NCBI GenBank assembly: GCA_964234715.1
Contig: OZ174289.1
DNA: 64,000 nt
Source: Podarcis melisellensis
Taxonomy: Eukaryota
Direction: 5' to 3' (one strand)
Shown: in pieces, positions 38,889-51,495 of the stretch
Numbering within the stretch: position 1 is the stretch's first letter
Layout: the number at the start of each line of letters is the position of its first letter
Translations under genes and position numbers: made by a program
Notes under the pieces: generated by a model
What the model saw: only the letters and a program-made list of their open reading frames with translations
Told to the model about the DNA's origin: nothing
Databases searched by the model: none

Positions 38889-39129
38889 CAGTGGTACCTC
38901 GGTTTAAGAACAGCCCTGTTTACAAACTATTTGGCTTACGAACTCCGCAAAACTGGAAGTAGTGTCCTGGTTTGCGAACTTTACCTCGGTCTAAGAACAG
39001 AATCCGAACGGTGGAAGGGCTCCAGCGGCGGGAGGCCTCATTAGGGAAAGCAAGCCACAGTTTAAAAATGGTTTCTGTTTAAGAACGGACTTCCAGAATG
39101 GATTAAGTTTGTAAACTGAGGTACAACTG
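38889..39129. mobile_element. Tc1/mariner (Tigger-like) MITE
   Basis: TA-cagtggtacctcggttta ... taaactgaggtacaactg-TA. Confidence 0.82.
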
Positions 39130-39192
39130 TATACAGAAAGATCGTGGCAGAATCAAAGACTGTACCACCTCAGTCTGCAGGTAGGTCAGGTG

Positions 39193-39682
39193 CATAGCTG
39201 TCAACTTTCAGATTTGAAAATAAGAGATCAGCAGCCTCGAAAATAAGCGATCAGCAGCCTCACCTGTCCCTGGGGAGCCTTAAAAATAAGGGATCAGCAG
39301 CCTCACCTGTCCCAGGGACAGTCTACGGGATAGCTAACAATCCGGGATCATAGCTGTCAACTTTCAGATTTGAAAATAAGAGATCAGCAGCCTCGAAAAT
39401 AAGCGATCAGCAGCCTCACCTGTCCCTGGGGAGCCTTAAAAATAAGGGATCAGCAGCCTCACCTGTCCCAGGGACAGTCTACGGGATAGCTAACAATCCG
39501 GGATCATAGCTGTCAACTTTCAGATTTGAAAATAAGGGATCAGCAGCCTCGAAAATAAGGGATCAGCAGCCTCACCTGTTCCGGGGACAGTCTACGGGAT
39601 ACCTAACAATCCGGGATAGCAGCGGGAAGCAGCAGCAAACGGCGCTGGAATAAGGGGGGAAAAGGGAAGCTTGGCAGCTATG
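39193..39682. mobile_element. hAT MITE with tandemly triplicated left end (156-bp period)
   Basis: catagctgtcaac at 39193, 39349 and 39505; right TIR ttggcagctatg; perfect TSD gtcaggtg. Confidence 0.9.
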
Positions 39683-40689
39683 GTCAGGTGTCATGCATTA
39701 AACTTGCAAGAAGAGGGATATGCTGAACTGTTCTCCCTTGCTGCATGCAAGGTGATAGGCAAAGCATTCGAAAAACACGAATGCAGACTGATGTGGTACT
39801 TCCAGAAGCGTGCCACCTTATTCTGGGTAACGTGCAAGATGGATGCAGCAGAACTTGCCTGAAACAAGTTCAACCAAAATCAAGGGCACTTAGTTCCAAG
39901 CAGGGCATGTTTGGAATGGTGTCAATAAACCACTATTATTTTAACCTTGAGTACAGATTTGCTATGGGGTTTCTGGTTAATATCTAGCTCTTCTGTACAA
40001 ACACATTTTTAGGTTACAGTAACCTTCCTCCCCACAGTCAACATGCTAATATTTACAGAAAGGTGATAAGTGAGGATAGAAACCAAAAGTGTTTCTTTTT
40101 AACCCTACAGAAAGCAAAAGTCAGGTGCTTTAATATCGAAACGATAGGGTGTCACAAAAATGGCTGAAGGTACAGAACGGGTACAGCGTCATCTCCAACC
40201 CATAATTACTAAAAGCAGAGGATTCCAAAAATATAAACACACTTTATACGGACTTTTCAACTTTGGATACTGAAACTTTCTTCCTAGGAAAAGCAAGGAA
40301 CCTGAGATGCCTGCATGTATGATTCTTCTACCAAAAACATACAGCTTGGAACCCTATTGTCCAGTTTTCTTTTACACTTAATCAAAAGAAAAAGACGCCT
40401 TCTATAGGCATGATTTGGGGCTGTATCCAACATTAAGTCATACTCAAGAATAGAACCACTGAAAATAAAGGGCGTGAACAACTTAGGTTCATTAATTTCA
40501 ATCAGCCTACTCTGAGTAGGATACGATCCCTTTAAGTTTTAAAAAGTTTCAGCAATTATGTCCCGGTTCTCCTGAAATTACCAGGGAGCCTAGATCTGCA
40601 GTGGCGCAGTGCAGGACGGGGAGAGAGCTGCGAGTTGGAAGGGATGAGCGTCATCTAGTCCAACCCCCTGCAATGCAGGAATCTTGTTG

Positions 40690-41177
40690 CCCAACCCAGG
40701 ACTGGAATAAGACTCCGTTTCTCAGGTATAGTTGCGGGGGGGGGGTGTTAAAAGGAGAGGCACCCTCCATTTGCCCTCATCTTTCCTTTGGTGGCAGCAA
40801 GGGCATTGGGTCTGGAATCTAAGAAGGGAAGTGAGAAGGGGCACCCGGACCTATTTCAGGGGAAGTTCCCCTTAAGCGAACTTGGGAGGGTGGTCTCCCT
40901 GTCCAGAAGCCCAGTTTGGGGGCTGAAGGGTCACAGCACCCCCTACCAGGTTGTCCATGTTTGCTTCAAAGCTGCACATGCTATAGGGGACCCTGACCTT
41001 GGACAAGCCCCTATTGGTTGTACGAGTATTCACCAGCACTCAGGCTGTTCAGTCTTTTGATCCATGCCCTAGGCCTACACTAAACCTATTCACTGTAATC
41101 AATCAATAAAGTTGTGGCCTTTATTGTTCTCAGCTATGTATCATGGTTTATTTCTGTACTCCTTCCTCTGCGCTGCA
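40690..41177 (+). mobile_element. Probable LTR-like remnant, boundaries uncertain
   Basis: ATTGG box, aataaagttgtggcc signal and terminal CA; no TSD found. Confidence 0.35.
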
Positions 41178-41784
41178 GCTAGTATTCTCTGGAAGTGTAG
41201 GTTGTTTAACTCCATAGCTAGCATCTGCTATAAGATGCACAAAACCTATCGTTTGAAGGAATACTGAGCAATTTGTACTTAGCACAAAGCAACTTTTCTT
41301 TTGCTAAGAACTACTAATATTTTCTCTTTAACAGGGATCTGGTTCACTCCTAAAATTTTAGAGAAACTTGGAAGCATGCCTCCTGTACCAGAAGGAACAC
41401 ACCAATTTCAACTAGTGATTAAAATTATCATCATCACCACAAATCACAGATTTAAATATGAACCACTCACTTTAAAACATGATTTATGGAAATATTTTCT
41501 TTTTAATTCCCCCCCCCCCCATAAACAAAATGTATTCTCAGTCTAGATAACAAAGGACCTTTGCCCATTACTGCAAACACAGATTTCCAACATCCTTTTT
41601 GTCATAGCTTATCACATTTCAACAGACCTTACTTTCTTGCCAGAAAAGTAGATATATATATTTTTTAATCAAGGGATTAAAATCTAAAGGTGAAGGACCA
41701 GGAGCAAGACCTTGGAGGGTCATGGCAGAGGGCTTGGTGAAGACATCAAACCAGTGGAGCAATAGCCATGAAAAAGGGGGTGAC

Positions 41785-42265
41785 GCTCCTTAGAGGAAAG
41801 ATTACAGATTTTTTAGTTTAGAGAAAAGGCTAGGAAGAGGCAAGATGATAAAAGTTTATAAAATAGTGGAAGTGGATTTTAAAAAATTCTCCCCCTCTCA
41901 TGGACATCCTAGGAAGCTGAATGTTGGAAGATTCAATATTTCTCCATGCAGCACATAGTCAAACTATGGAACTAGTTTCCCCAGGAGGCAGCGATGGCCA
42001 ACAACTTGGATGGCTTTAGAAGAGTATTAGACAAATACCTAAAGGAGAGGGCTATTAATGGCTACTTGCCATGATGGCTATATGCTCTGCTTCCACAGTT
42101 GGAGGCAGCAATGTTTCCAAATAGCTGTGCTGGAAACCATAGAAGGGAAGAGTGCTCTTGTGCTCATGTTTTGCTTTCTGGTTTCCTGCAGGCACCTGGC
42201 TGGCCACAGGCCGCAGGACTAGATGGGCCATTGGCACGATCTAGCAGGCTATTCTTATGTTCTTA
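41785..42265 (+). mobile_element. CR1 LINE 3' end
   Basis: tttagtttagagaaaagg...ttggatggcttt...ttagacaaat, ending in the ttcttatgttctta tail. Confidence 0.8.
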
Positions 42266-42304
42266 AAATTAAGGTCCAGAGGTGGTTGCGTTTCAAATGA
42301 AATG

Positions 42305-42310
42305 TTTATT
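42305..42310 (-). terminator. Candidate proximal poly(A) signal of ZBTB33
   Basis: Minus-strand AATAAA about 1.95 kb past the stop codon. Confidence 0.35.
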
Positions 42311-44263
42311 TCACAAAACATGGGGAGAGGGAATTCTAAAGTGGTGGGAAGAAGAGATTTTAACGACATACCACTGATTTCTAGCTACTTCTATTCATCA
42401 CAATCCTTCCCCGTCTTCTATAACGTCTCCACACACACCCCTACAACCCCGCGTAATTTACAAAAATTTAGGGCGTCATTCAATGTAAAGCAACAGACTA
42501 GAATGACTGCTGACCAATTTACTTGGGACAAGCTCCCCCACAACTCAAGATGGACTTTTACTATAACCACAGCATTAAAAAAAGTGTTACATTGTGCAAG
42601 AGGGGGAAGTAAACAGGCACAATGTCTGAGACCTGACACACCCCTGCCAGTGAACGTAGGTGAGATGTTAAATCCTTATCAGAACTCCTAACTTACCTGA
42701 CAGTTACCTTGAAATGAAGTCAAACTAACTAAGTTCATGAAAAACTATAAATAAGTTCAAATATGGGAAAAAATGACAGTAAGCCTGCAACTTACACGGG
42801 AGTTATGTTCTGGGGAGAGTCAAAGCACATTGGGTGCAACAGCAGCTGGGATTGCCAGTCTTTTTTACCCCTGAACACTTTCCTCCTTTCTGCCCCCTTT
42901 AAAAAAGTTTTGCCAAGCACATAAAGTTGCATGCACGCTAGTTAAATGTAAGTTGTGAGCGTATTGTACATCATTTGAAGTGCAACTTTGGGAAACAGCT
43001 TCCACACCCTTCAGCACAAAACAAAAACAAAAACCCACCTATACAGTTATATCTGTCACCACCTTTTCCCATGGTAAGCTAAATGGAAAACGGCAGCTTA
43101 ATCCAACATGATTTCAGCAAAAGGAGGGTCTGACATAATTCCTTGATATTGGAGGGTAGAAAATGTGGGCAGACTGAAGAAGGGCAATGTCACTGGACAA
43201 TTTTGCTGACAAAGCCCCTCCTGTGTTGCTTAGGATACGACACAATGGTCCAGCCACTGCGTCTTTTTAATTACCAAATATAAATAAAACTTGTTCAGGC
43301 TTCTTCAAACAAATAGCATCTTTTCTCCTCCAAGATAACAAGCTTACATTATGAGCAATTTTTGTGAAGGCAGAATGGTTATTCTGGAGCAGAACAGATT
43401 TAGGATGCCACTTAGAAAATAATTTGATTTATGGACAGGATGATTGGACCTTCACATACCCTCCCGCAACAACTGTATTTTCCATTAAGTTAAAAGGAGT
43501 GCAATGATTTCTACTATAAAAAAAGAACTAAGCTATAATCAGGAAACCTATCCATACTGCCTTTACGTAGTCTCAAACAATAATAATAATAAAAAAAATC
43601 AGTTTTAAAGTGCTAGCATGAAAGAAGGGATTACATAATAAGTGGTTCAAGAGGCAAGAAATGTTCCCATTATTCTACAAGTTATTGGGGTCATTTCTCA
43701 TTACAAAAGACTCTCAACTTACGTGGGGGTTATGTTGCAGGGACTGCACCTAATGGCAAAGTCATGTTTGGTCAAAACACACTGGGTTCAATGGCAGGAG
43801 GGATTGTCACAGTCCTTTTTCCTGGACATCTGCCCCCTATTTAATTTAAAAAAAAAATTTTTTTTTTGCCAAACACATGAAGCTGAATGCGCATGGGTTA
43901 TAAATGCATAAGTTGTGAGTTACCTTTATTGTAAAGAAGCCACACCTTTTCAAACAATTATTTCACCAAATTTTGATCCATGATAATGAACCAAACACAT
44001 TTAACACCTAACTTCTCAAGTGCCTTTTCCCATATTCAAGTGAAGCGTTTTTCTTTCCCTGACCAATTTTCTTTCACAAACATCTCTGAAACTTATAGGC
44101 ATTCTAGTCTTAACATACTACATTTTGTTGGCTAGGCGTTAACACACTGACTTGTTATATAACATGAGATGTCCTACAACTTTTTTTCAAGCAGCCCATT
44201 TAAAGAAGTTTTTCTATATATATATATATATATCTATATTTCTATTTCGATCAGAGAGAAGAT

Positions 44264-46285
44264 TCAGTAAGATTCCGGTATAACAAACTCAAATTCAGTA
44301 CTGCCATCCGATGGATTTTGTTTGAATAGTGATTCACTTCCCTGCGGAACAAAGATATCATCCCAGGTCATTGGCTTTGCTGAAGGGTTAGGGGCTGATT
44401 CTTGAGGGGCTTCTTTTGCAGGGTCAACAGGATAAACAAGAGCATTGTCATCTACCATAGGTATATCGCTGGAACTACCTGAAATATATGCATAATTTCT
44501 GATCTGCAGAGACCGACAGGGATGCAAGCGATATAGCTTGGACTCGCCAGAAGGATCCTGGCTGTGAACCGATCTTACATGTGTGGCCATGACCTGATAG
44601 TTGATGAAACACTGACCACATGCCAAGCACTGGTACCGCCGCTCCCCGGTGTGGTGAATTTCATGCTTGGTGCGGTATTCTGCAAGAGGAAAAACCTTCT
44701 CGCAATAGCGACATGGATACTTCTTCTCCCAAGAATGCACGTTGAAGTGTCTCCGCAAACTTGTAAGACAAACATAAGACCTCCTGCACACAATGCAGAT
44801 GTAGTAGACCTTGCCATCCATTATGAGCTCATAGTGATCATCATGCTTTACTTTGAGGCGCTTCCTGTTTGGAGAATCGTCCCCCGATGTTCTGGGCATG
44901 TCATCCAACTGCACTTCTCCATCAGCCTCATCTTTCACAGGAATCACGATATCATAGGTATCTTCACCGATGTTTGCATAAACCTTGCAACCTGTCGACA
45001 AGCCTTCTATCTCAGTAGCTTTATCTAAAGTGATGGTCTTCTGGCCTTCCGTCACATGCTTTGGCACAGAGCCTGCTGGAGCGTCCTTGTTGCTCCCAGG
45101 AAGAACATCAGAAACTTTCTTTTTGTACTTTCTGGGTTGGGAGACTGGTTCTTGGGGGAAGCTAGGACTGTGCTTCTTCGGTACTCCTGTGGCATCAGGT
45201 GCAGCAGCTGGTTTAGGAGTGGTGGGCTGCTGGACCAAAGAACTGCTGCTTGCTGACCCTGGGCTGGACGAACCGAGGATGTCGTCATCATCTTCAACAT
45301 CCTCATCCTCATCCTCTTCTTCATCAATGGCATTGGTCTCCATGTCAGTTAAGGAGTCGTTAATGGATGGCTGCTGATTCTCTTCAGGGATAGGAGATAC
45401 CTCTATTTCATGCGATGAGCCAGCATTCGGCAAAGCTCCAATCTGCGGCCTATTTAACACAAGCATATTTGAAGCCCCAGGTTTTGGAAGCGAGGGGACA
45501 AACGGCTCAGCAGGTACTTGGTTTTCAGTTGGATTTGACTGGCCAGGGCATGAGTCAAGCCTCGGAGCTGTCGCTGTAGCTGACTGAGGCGGGGAACTGC
45601 TAGTACAATTTATTTGGTCAGGGACTCCCACAGGATTTAGGCAAGGCTGGCTCTGTGCTAGTACAGTAGGCTCCAGGGGACAGTCCTTTGGAGGCACAAG
45701 CTCAGAGCAGAAAATGACGTCGTCATCGTCAGAATCACTAATGGTAATCTTTGCAGAATCACACGCTTCCCCATGCAACGAGACCGTTACTGCGGGCTTC
45801 TCATCAATTAGATTTTGGCCCCCAGCTGGTGTTGGAGGTTTCTGTACTTCGAGGCCATTAGTTTCAGAGTTGGGCCATTCTGAAGCGCCAGGCTTGACAC
45901 TTCCTGACATACTTTTTACCTGCTGCAAAGGACCACCCAAATCAGCAAGGAATTTAACTCCCAGCAACTGCCCTGATTTAATTATCTCATCGAGCAAGTC
46001 CGATCTCACCCGGACTATTTTGGAGCTGTAAATGTAATTGAGAATTTCTGCAAAAATCTCTGCTCTGATGAAGTTCAGTTCAACCACTTGACCTGCAAGT
46101 GCGAAAAGCTGGTGGAAGTAAGTGCTGGAGGCTGAAAGGACATTTCTGTGGGCTCGAAATTTCCGGTCCTCCACAATGATGGTAACATCACAGAAAAGTC
46201 CATGTCCTCGCTGTTCGTCCAAAGCCTTTAATAACATGCCAGAGTACTGGTTGTCTGTTGCGGTGATTAGCTTCCGGGTCTCCAT
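44264..46285 (-). CDS. ZBTB33: Kaiso, BTB/POZ plus three C2H2 zinc-finger methyl-CpG-binding repressor, 673 aa, single coding exon
   Basis: Starts METRKLITATD with a BTB domain (FCDVTIIVEDRKFRAHRNVL), an acidic tract, an NLS-like PNRKRLKV, fingers YICIVC...H, YPCRYC...HH and YQCLAC...H, and the C-terminus EFEFVIPESY. Acceptor tttctcattgtag lies 2 nt before the ATG, so the ORF-track Met at 46315 is intronic. Confidence 0.98.
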   Translation of the reverse strand: METRKLITATDNQYSGMLLKALDEQRGHGLFCDVTIIVEDRKFRAHRNVLSASSTYFHQLFALAGQVVELNFIRAEIFAEILNYIYSSKIVRVRSDLLDEIIKSGQLLGVKFLADLGGPLQQVKSMSGSVKPGASEWPNSETNGLEVQKPPTPAGGQNLIDEKPAVTVSLHGEACDSAKITISDSDDDDVIFCSELVPPKDCPLEPTVLAQSQPCLNPVGVPDQINCTSSSPPQSATATAPRLDSCPGQSNPTENQVPAEPFVPSLPKPGASNMLVLNRPQIGALPNAGSSHEIEVSPIPEENQQPSINDSLTDMETNAIDEEEDEDEDVEDDDDILGSSSPGSASSSSLVQQPTTPKPAAAPDATGVPKKHSPSFPQEPVSQPRKYKKKVSDVLPGSNKDAPAGSVPKHVTEGQKTITLDKATEIEGLSTGCKVYANIGEDTYDIVIPVKDEADGEVQLDDMPRTSGDDSPNRKRLKVKHDDHYELIMDGKVYYICIVCRRSYVCLTSLRRHFNVHSWEKKYPCRYCEKVFPLAEYRTKHEIHHTGERRYQCLACGQCFINYQVMATHVRSVHSQDPSGESKLYRLHPCRSLQIRNYAYISGSSSDIPMVDDNALVYPVDPAKEAPQESAPNPSAKPMTWDDIFVPQGSESLFKQNPSDGSTEFEFVIPESY

Positions 46286-46557
46286 TCCTACAATGAGAAA
46301 GAGAAGTGTGTTCATATGTATCTGCTACAGAAGGAGATGCTTATACTCTGCGCCCCAAATATCATCTTGAATGTTCAGTAGCAGCATCTAGAACCAGAAT
46401 GAAAGCTTTTAAGTTGGAATGTTAATGAATTTGACTTATGAGATTATCTTGCTTGGAAGCCATGTATTAAGGAACAACTCAGAGTTCCTCAAAACAGAAA
46501 GCATTAAGAATATTTACTACTACATTTCCCAATAACCTGGGCTACGATCTTAAACTA

Positions 46558-46795
46558 CAGTGGTACCTCAGGATGCGAACAGGATCCGTTCAGGAGCCCC
46601 GTTCACATCCTGAAGTGAACGCAACCTGCGTCTGCGCGTGCCACAATTCGCCACTTCCGCGCATGTGTGTGACATCATTTTGACTGTCTGCGCATGCGTG
46701 AGCAGTGAAACCCAGAAGTAACGCGCTCCATTACTTCCGGGGAGCGCAACCCAAAAGTGCTCATCCTGAAGAATATTCAAACTGAGGTATGACTG
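46558..46795. mobile_element. Tc1/mariner (Tigger-like) MITE in the ZBTB33 intron
   Basis: TA-cagtggtacctc ... gaggtatgactg-TA; same family as the copy at 17458. Confidence 0.82.
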
Positions 46796-48872
46796 TACTT
46801 ATTTTAAAAGTAAATTCTCTTAACAATAATGGCCCTTATTTTTGCATAATGTGTTTAAAGTTGCACTGAGGGGGGAATCATCTAAGAGAGTGTGTGTACA
46901 AAGACTGGGTTCAGTTCCAGATACTATCAGATAGAAAAGCTGTGCTTAAAAAACCAAATAATTTATTAATGTCCCAAACTAAATACTGTTTCCCTTCAAA
47001 AAAGCCAAATGTTATAAGGCTGAAGCCTCTTGGTTGACGGAAAAGCAGCTTTGAAAAATATCTAAGCAACGCTGTCAGTGACAACGCTTTTCCTAGAACT
47101 GTTTTGCAGAAAAACGATAAATATTTACAAACCTCAAATGCCAAACATCTGTGCAAATCCAATACATAAAGAAGACTGATTATATTATATCAGCCTCTTT
47201 GGGGATAAATGCATCTCTCATTCTCCTAATTAAGAGGAAAACTAAAAATATTTTTAAAGAATACTGTTAAATGAAGCAAAGAAAATGCAAGGGGGTATTT
47301 ATATATAGTTACACAACCAAGGGCTACTACCTTACACATGTATTGTTAGTCAGGTTGTCAGAGCAAACAAGTCACTGAGCTCCCAAGCTTTTAAGTACAA
47401 GGTGAAAAGAGCATCTTAACAATTACACCTTTCCCATAACTGGTGAGAAAAGTTGCAGCTGTTGTGATTCTCAGTCCTGGGCAACTGTTAAAGACATGGG
47501 AGCCCAGTTCCCTATTGCACCCTTAGAGCAAAGAGCTTATCCAACCTTCTTCTTGTGCAGCTGCTTTTACCCTGGGGAAAAACTGCTCTTTAGCGATCAG
47601 TCAGAACAAATGACAATTTGGCTTTTCCTTATATAATACCTGCCATTTGTTCCGATCTACAGCTGAAACTGCTTGGACCTGTGCTTTCTAGGATGGGCCC
47701 AATGAGACAACATTGTATATTAGAGTAATTAGAGTGCAGACAGCTCCTGTCCTGTACGAAAGAGAGTGAGAGTGAAGTCAGAAATTCAGTGCTTGTAAGA
47801 TCCTACAGATTGAGAAGCCAGCTTGGTTAAATAGTATAGGCATGCTGAGACATATCCTTGGAGGTGTCTGCTTTTAAATACATATATATTTTTTAAAAAC
47901 TACTTAAAGGGACTATAGACTGGATATGTGGGAGGAGAACATGTGAGAGTGTGAAGCCTGGAAAAGGCCCACTTTCAGGACTAAATCTAGCTCCACCACA
48001 GCCACTACCACCATCAAGGGCAAAGAGAGCTGTAGACCAGCTCCCTCTCACCCTGTGCCGCACATGTAAAAAGGGATAACCAGACTGAAGCTTCCATTGC
48101 CTGCAGAGGGAAGGGCAGAACAGAGTTTTGAGGTTCCCCCTTGGCTAACATCACCTGGAAATCAAGCTCAATTTGCCAAGTTGGCTCAGATACTCCTACC
48201 CTAATTGAAACAGCACCCACCCCTCCAAGCAGAGGTGTGTAGTACCCAATGCCAGTCACTTTGGCACCTGGAACAGAAAAAATCCGAGAAGCATTTCTCA
48301 CTCGCCTTTGTGGGAAACCGTCCCCAACCCAAATATAATAATAATCAATTAAATATCCAAATGAATAACCAAAAACCAGCTACCTCTCTCTGCCTAATAA
48401 TGGTAGGGACAGAACAGTGGTACTTGTTGCCCGCTGGGAGGTGGACTTCCAAGCTCCAAAAACCAAACCTGGCTTAGCCTACAAACTGAGATTAGAAGTG
48501 GTAGCCACCCCGCAATAGCACTCTTAGAAAGCAACCAGTGTGCAGAACCCTCAGTCTCAGTCTATTTCACCTGGACTGTGCATTTGTTGGATTGAACATT
48601 GGTTGTGGGGAGCCAGGCTGAAAACATGAATGCAGCAGCAAAATGGGTGCAAGAGGTGAGTTGGAGTTCCTTCCAGAAAAGAAATGAAGTGGGCATTAGC
48701 AGAGGTTTTAATGTTTTAACTTCCAAGGGCCTTTTAAAGTGTTACAAGTGGTCTGGTTTTCTGTAACCTGCTCTGAGTTATGGGGTGGGGGCAACTGGGA
48801 CAGCAACGTAATAGAACACATATGAGAAGCTTTCCAGAGAGATTAACGTCTGGTATATTGTCAAAGAAACCA

Positions 48873-49095
48873 AGAAGAGGAAGAAGAAGAGTTTGGATTT
48901 GATATCCTGCTTTATCACTACGTGAAGGAATCTCAAAGCAGCTAACATTCTCCTTTCCCTTCCTCCCCACAACAAACACTCAATGAGGTGAGTGGGGCTA
49001 AGAGAGTAGTGTGACTAGCCCAAGGTCACCCAACAGCTGCATGTGGAGGAGCGGAGATGCGAACCCGGTTCACCAGATTACGAGTCTACTGCTCT
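48873..49095 (-). mobile_element. Squamate SINE (CORE/Squam3-like) with (CTT)n tail
   Basis: gaagaag tail, ccccacaacaaacac...gcccaaggtcaccca core, cgaacccggt B-box-like head. Confidence 0.6.
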
Positions 49096-50639
49096 GATGC
49101 TTTTAAAATCAGTCTGATAGACAAGAGTGGTTCAGATGCAAAGGTATCAGCCTAAGAAGCTACAGGTTCTCACACTTCCCTTCTCCCACATGCCCAGTGT
49201 TGACATCTAAAATGACCCACAAAAACGCAGCTGCTGAAGCTTTCCCCACAGTTTATTTCAGAGCTGGGGAAAGTTTTAGCTGCAGTCAAAGCTGGAGAAA
49301 CAGAACCTGGAAACAAAGCATCAACTCTTAGGAGTGAAGCATAGAGGATTATCATGCAGAATATATTTGTCAAACTGGAGCAACAAGTTTCTATAGGAAA
49401 AGCCGAAACCTTGGGAAATCTTTGATTGCTACATACACATATTCTATGCTCAACTCCACTCATCTTCACACTGAGTCCAGAGACAATCAGCTAGTGCATG
49501 CAGTTCTTTTGCGATTTTGCTTTATACATGCCCCAAACTGAAGGCTGACGGAACCACTGCAAGCAGCAGCAGCAAGGAGAACTTCTGGGTGGCTGCTATG
49601 AAACACTTTCAAGTGTAAATGATGGTATTCAAATTGTAAGTGTGTGAAATGGAAGAGGCTTTAAGGTGCCATTTGTGGGGGGGAAGTGAGTGAGGGGTGA
49701 GATGCAACTGCAAGGGGAAGATGCTAGGTGGAAAAAGAGCAGAAGCAGAGATGGGGGGGGGGACACTTGGGAGGAAAAGAAACAATGAGCACCAAAGAGG
49801 AAAGAAGCAAACAGCAACCTCAGGAAGGGGATGTGCTGCAGCACCTTAGGAACATGGGATGTTGCATTATACCAAATCAGACTTATGGGTCTATCTAGCC
49901 CAGTAACGTATACACTGGCTGGCAGGGGCTTTCCAGGGTTTCAGACAGTCCTACCTGGAGTTGCTCAACCCATTGAGTTGCAGCTCTTCTATTGGGGGAA
50001 GCAGGGGGTGGGGTGCGGTCATGGCAGACCAACTCAGGCTGCAAGTCCCTCTACACTAAGCATCTACTGTACAGCTCAAGTATACTCTCTAGGCCCTTGT
50101 CCCCCCCCCCAAGCATAGCTGGACCAGGGGGCTCGTCCACACTTCTACCTAGAAAGCATGGGTCCAAGTGCTTTTCCACATTCTAGGCATATGTCTGAGT
50201 GGTTTCCCCTTTGTCCCTCTCTTTCCTAGGGCAAACCTGCTCTTCAGCGATAGACTGGAACAAATGGCCATCCAGGGAAAACCCGAATTGCCTTTACAAG
50301 AGGAATTAGGGATAAGCCCTTTAACCAGCAACTTCCTCCAGGGAAGCTCGTTCTTTGGTGCTGAACTGGAACAAACGGCAATCTGCAGAAAACTCAATTG
50401 TTGTTTGCTCCGATTCAGCACAAAACCATGTGTTTCCCTGGCGGGCAGCGGGGGTGGGGGGGGCAGGGAGATGCAACGGAAGTATGAACAAGCCCTGATC
50501 AATGGGGGCTGTCCTCTTGTTTGCTTCCAAAAAGAAAATAAATCGGCGGGGGGGGGGGTTTGCTCTATCCCTGAAGGGAAAGGAAGAATCCCAGTAGGGG
50601 CAAACCAACACACTTGAGGGTTCAACACAAGTTGGTGGA

Positions 50640-51400
50640 GTGGGTGGGGGGCGCGCGCAAAAAATAACGGGGGAAGGGGAAGCGGCTCTCCAGGACACCC
50701 CATGGGACACCTTCCTCTCATCCCGGCTCCTTCTCCCCCCCCCCCTTTCTAATGCTGGAAGCCGCTGAGCCCCCTCCCCCCGGTAGCATGCTGGGGGCGG
50801 TGGGGGAAGCACGCGCAAGGCGGCACCGGGTTGCACAAAGGAGAGCGCGCCGCCTTCTTTTCCTGCCGGCCTCACCCGGCGCTTAATCTTCCCTGGGACC
50901 CCGCCCGCACCCCGCGTAAGTGGGGGTTGGGGAGGTAGGAGAGAGAGGGAGAAAGAGAGATATATACGGGCCCGATACCTCCGCCGCGCTCCTTGCACCG
51001 TCGCCCAAAGCCGCCAGCCCCGAAGACAGGCGCACGCGAAAACTCGCCGCCCGCAGACGTCCAAGACGCCTCCCCCGTTAGCCGCGCCGCCGCCAGGGGC
51101 CGCTGTTGCAGGCTCTCCGTAACGCCAGCGCCGCTTCCTCTCCCCGCCCCGCCTCCCGGTTTCAAGAATCGGGAGGCGAACGCGCGCGCACGCTCGGAAG
51201 GTATCGGCGACTTCGCCCGAGCGCGCGCGCGGCAACGTTGGGAAAGGGCGCGTTCGAAGGGAGAGCCTTAAGGAGAGCGCGCTCGGCTGCTGTCGGAAAA
51301 TTCCGGCGAAAGAGAGGAAATCCAGAAAGGAACCCCGAAAAGCTCTTCGATAACTTTCGGCTTTTGGGACGAGGACTCGCATTCTGCGCGGCTCCAAGTC
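50640..51400 (-). promoter_or_regulatory. CpG island / promoter and non-coding first exon of ZBTB33 (candidate donors GG|GTGAGG at 50875 and AG|GTATCG at 50978)
   Basis: Very high CpG density about 4.5 kb upstream of the coding exon; minus-strand donor consensus sites; ETS-like CGGAA motifs. Confidence 0.75.
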
Positions 51401-51451
51401 CTTTTTAAAGAAAATAAAAAATTAATTGATCGATCGGGTGGTTAATTTATT

Positions 51452-51495
<44 letters not shown>

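Noticed and set aside
39193-39620. Repeat-spacer-like pattern resembling a CRISPR array
   Set aside because: The spacers are themselves repeated, the context is eukaryotic, and TIR plus TSD identify a hAT MITE.
46286-46315. N-terminal MNTLLFLIVG extension of the Kaiso ORF
   Set aside because: It is the polypyrimidine tract and acceptor of the intron; the orthologous start is METRK.
50321-51397. 358-aa minus-strand ORF over the ZBTB33 CpG island
   Set aside because: Non-ATG start and low-complexity Arg/Gly/Pro/Ala content, as expected from stop-codon depletion in GC-rich DNA; no recognisable domain.
50640-51400. Kaiso autoregulatory sites in its own promoter
   Set aside because: Only generic CGCG runs; I saw no exact TCTCGCGAGA or TCCTGCNA site.
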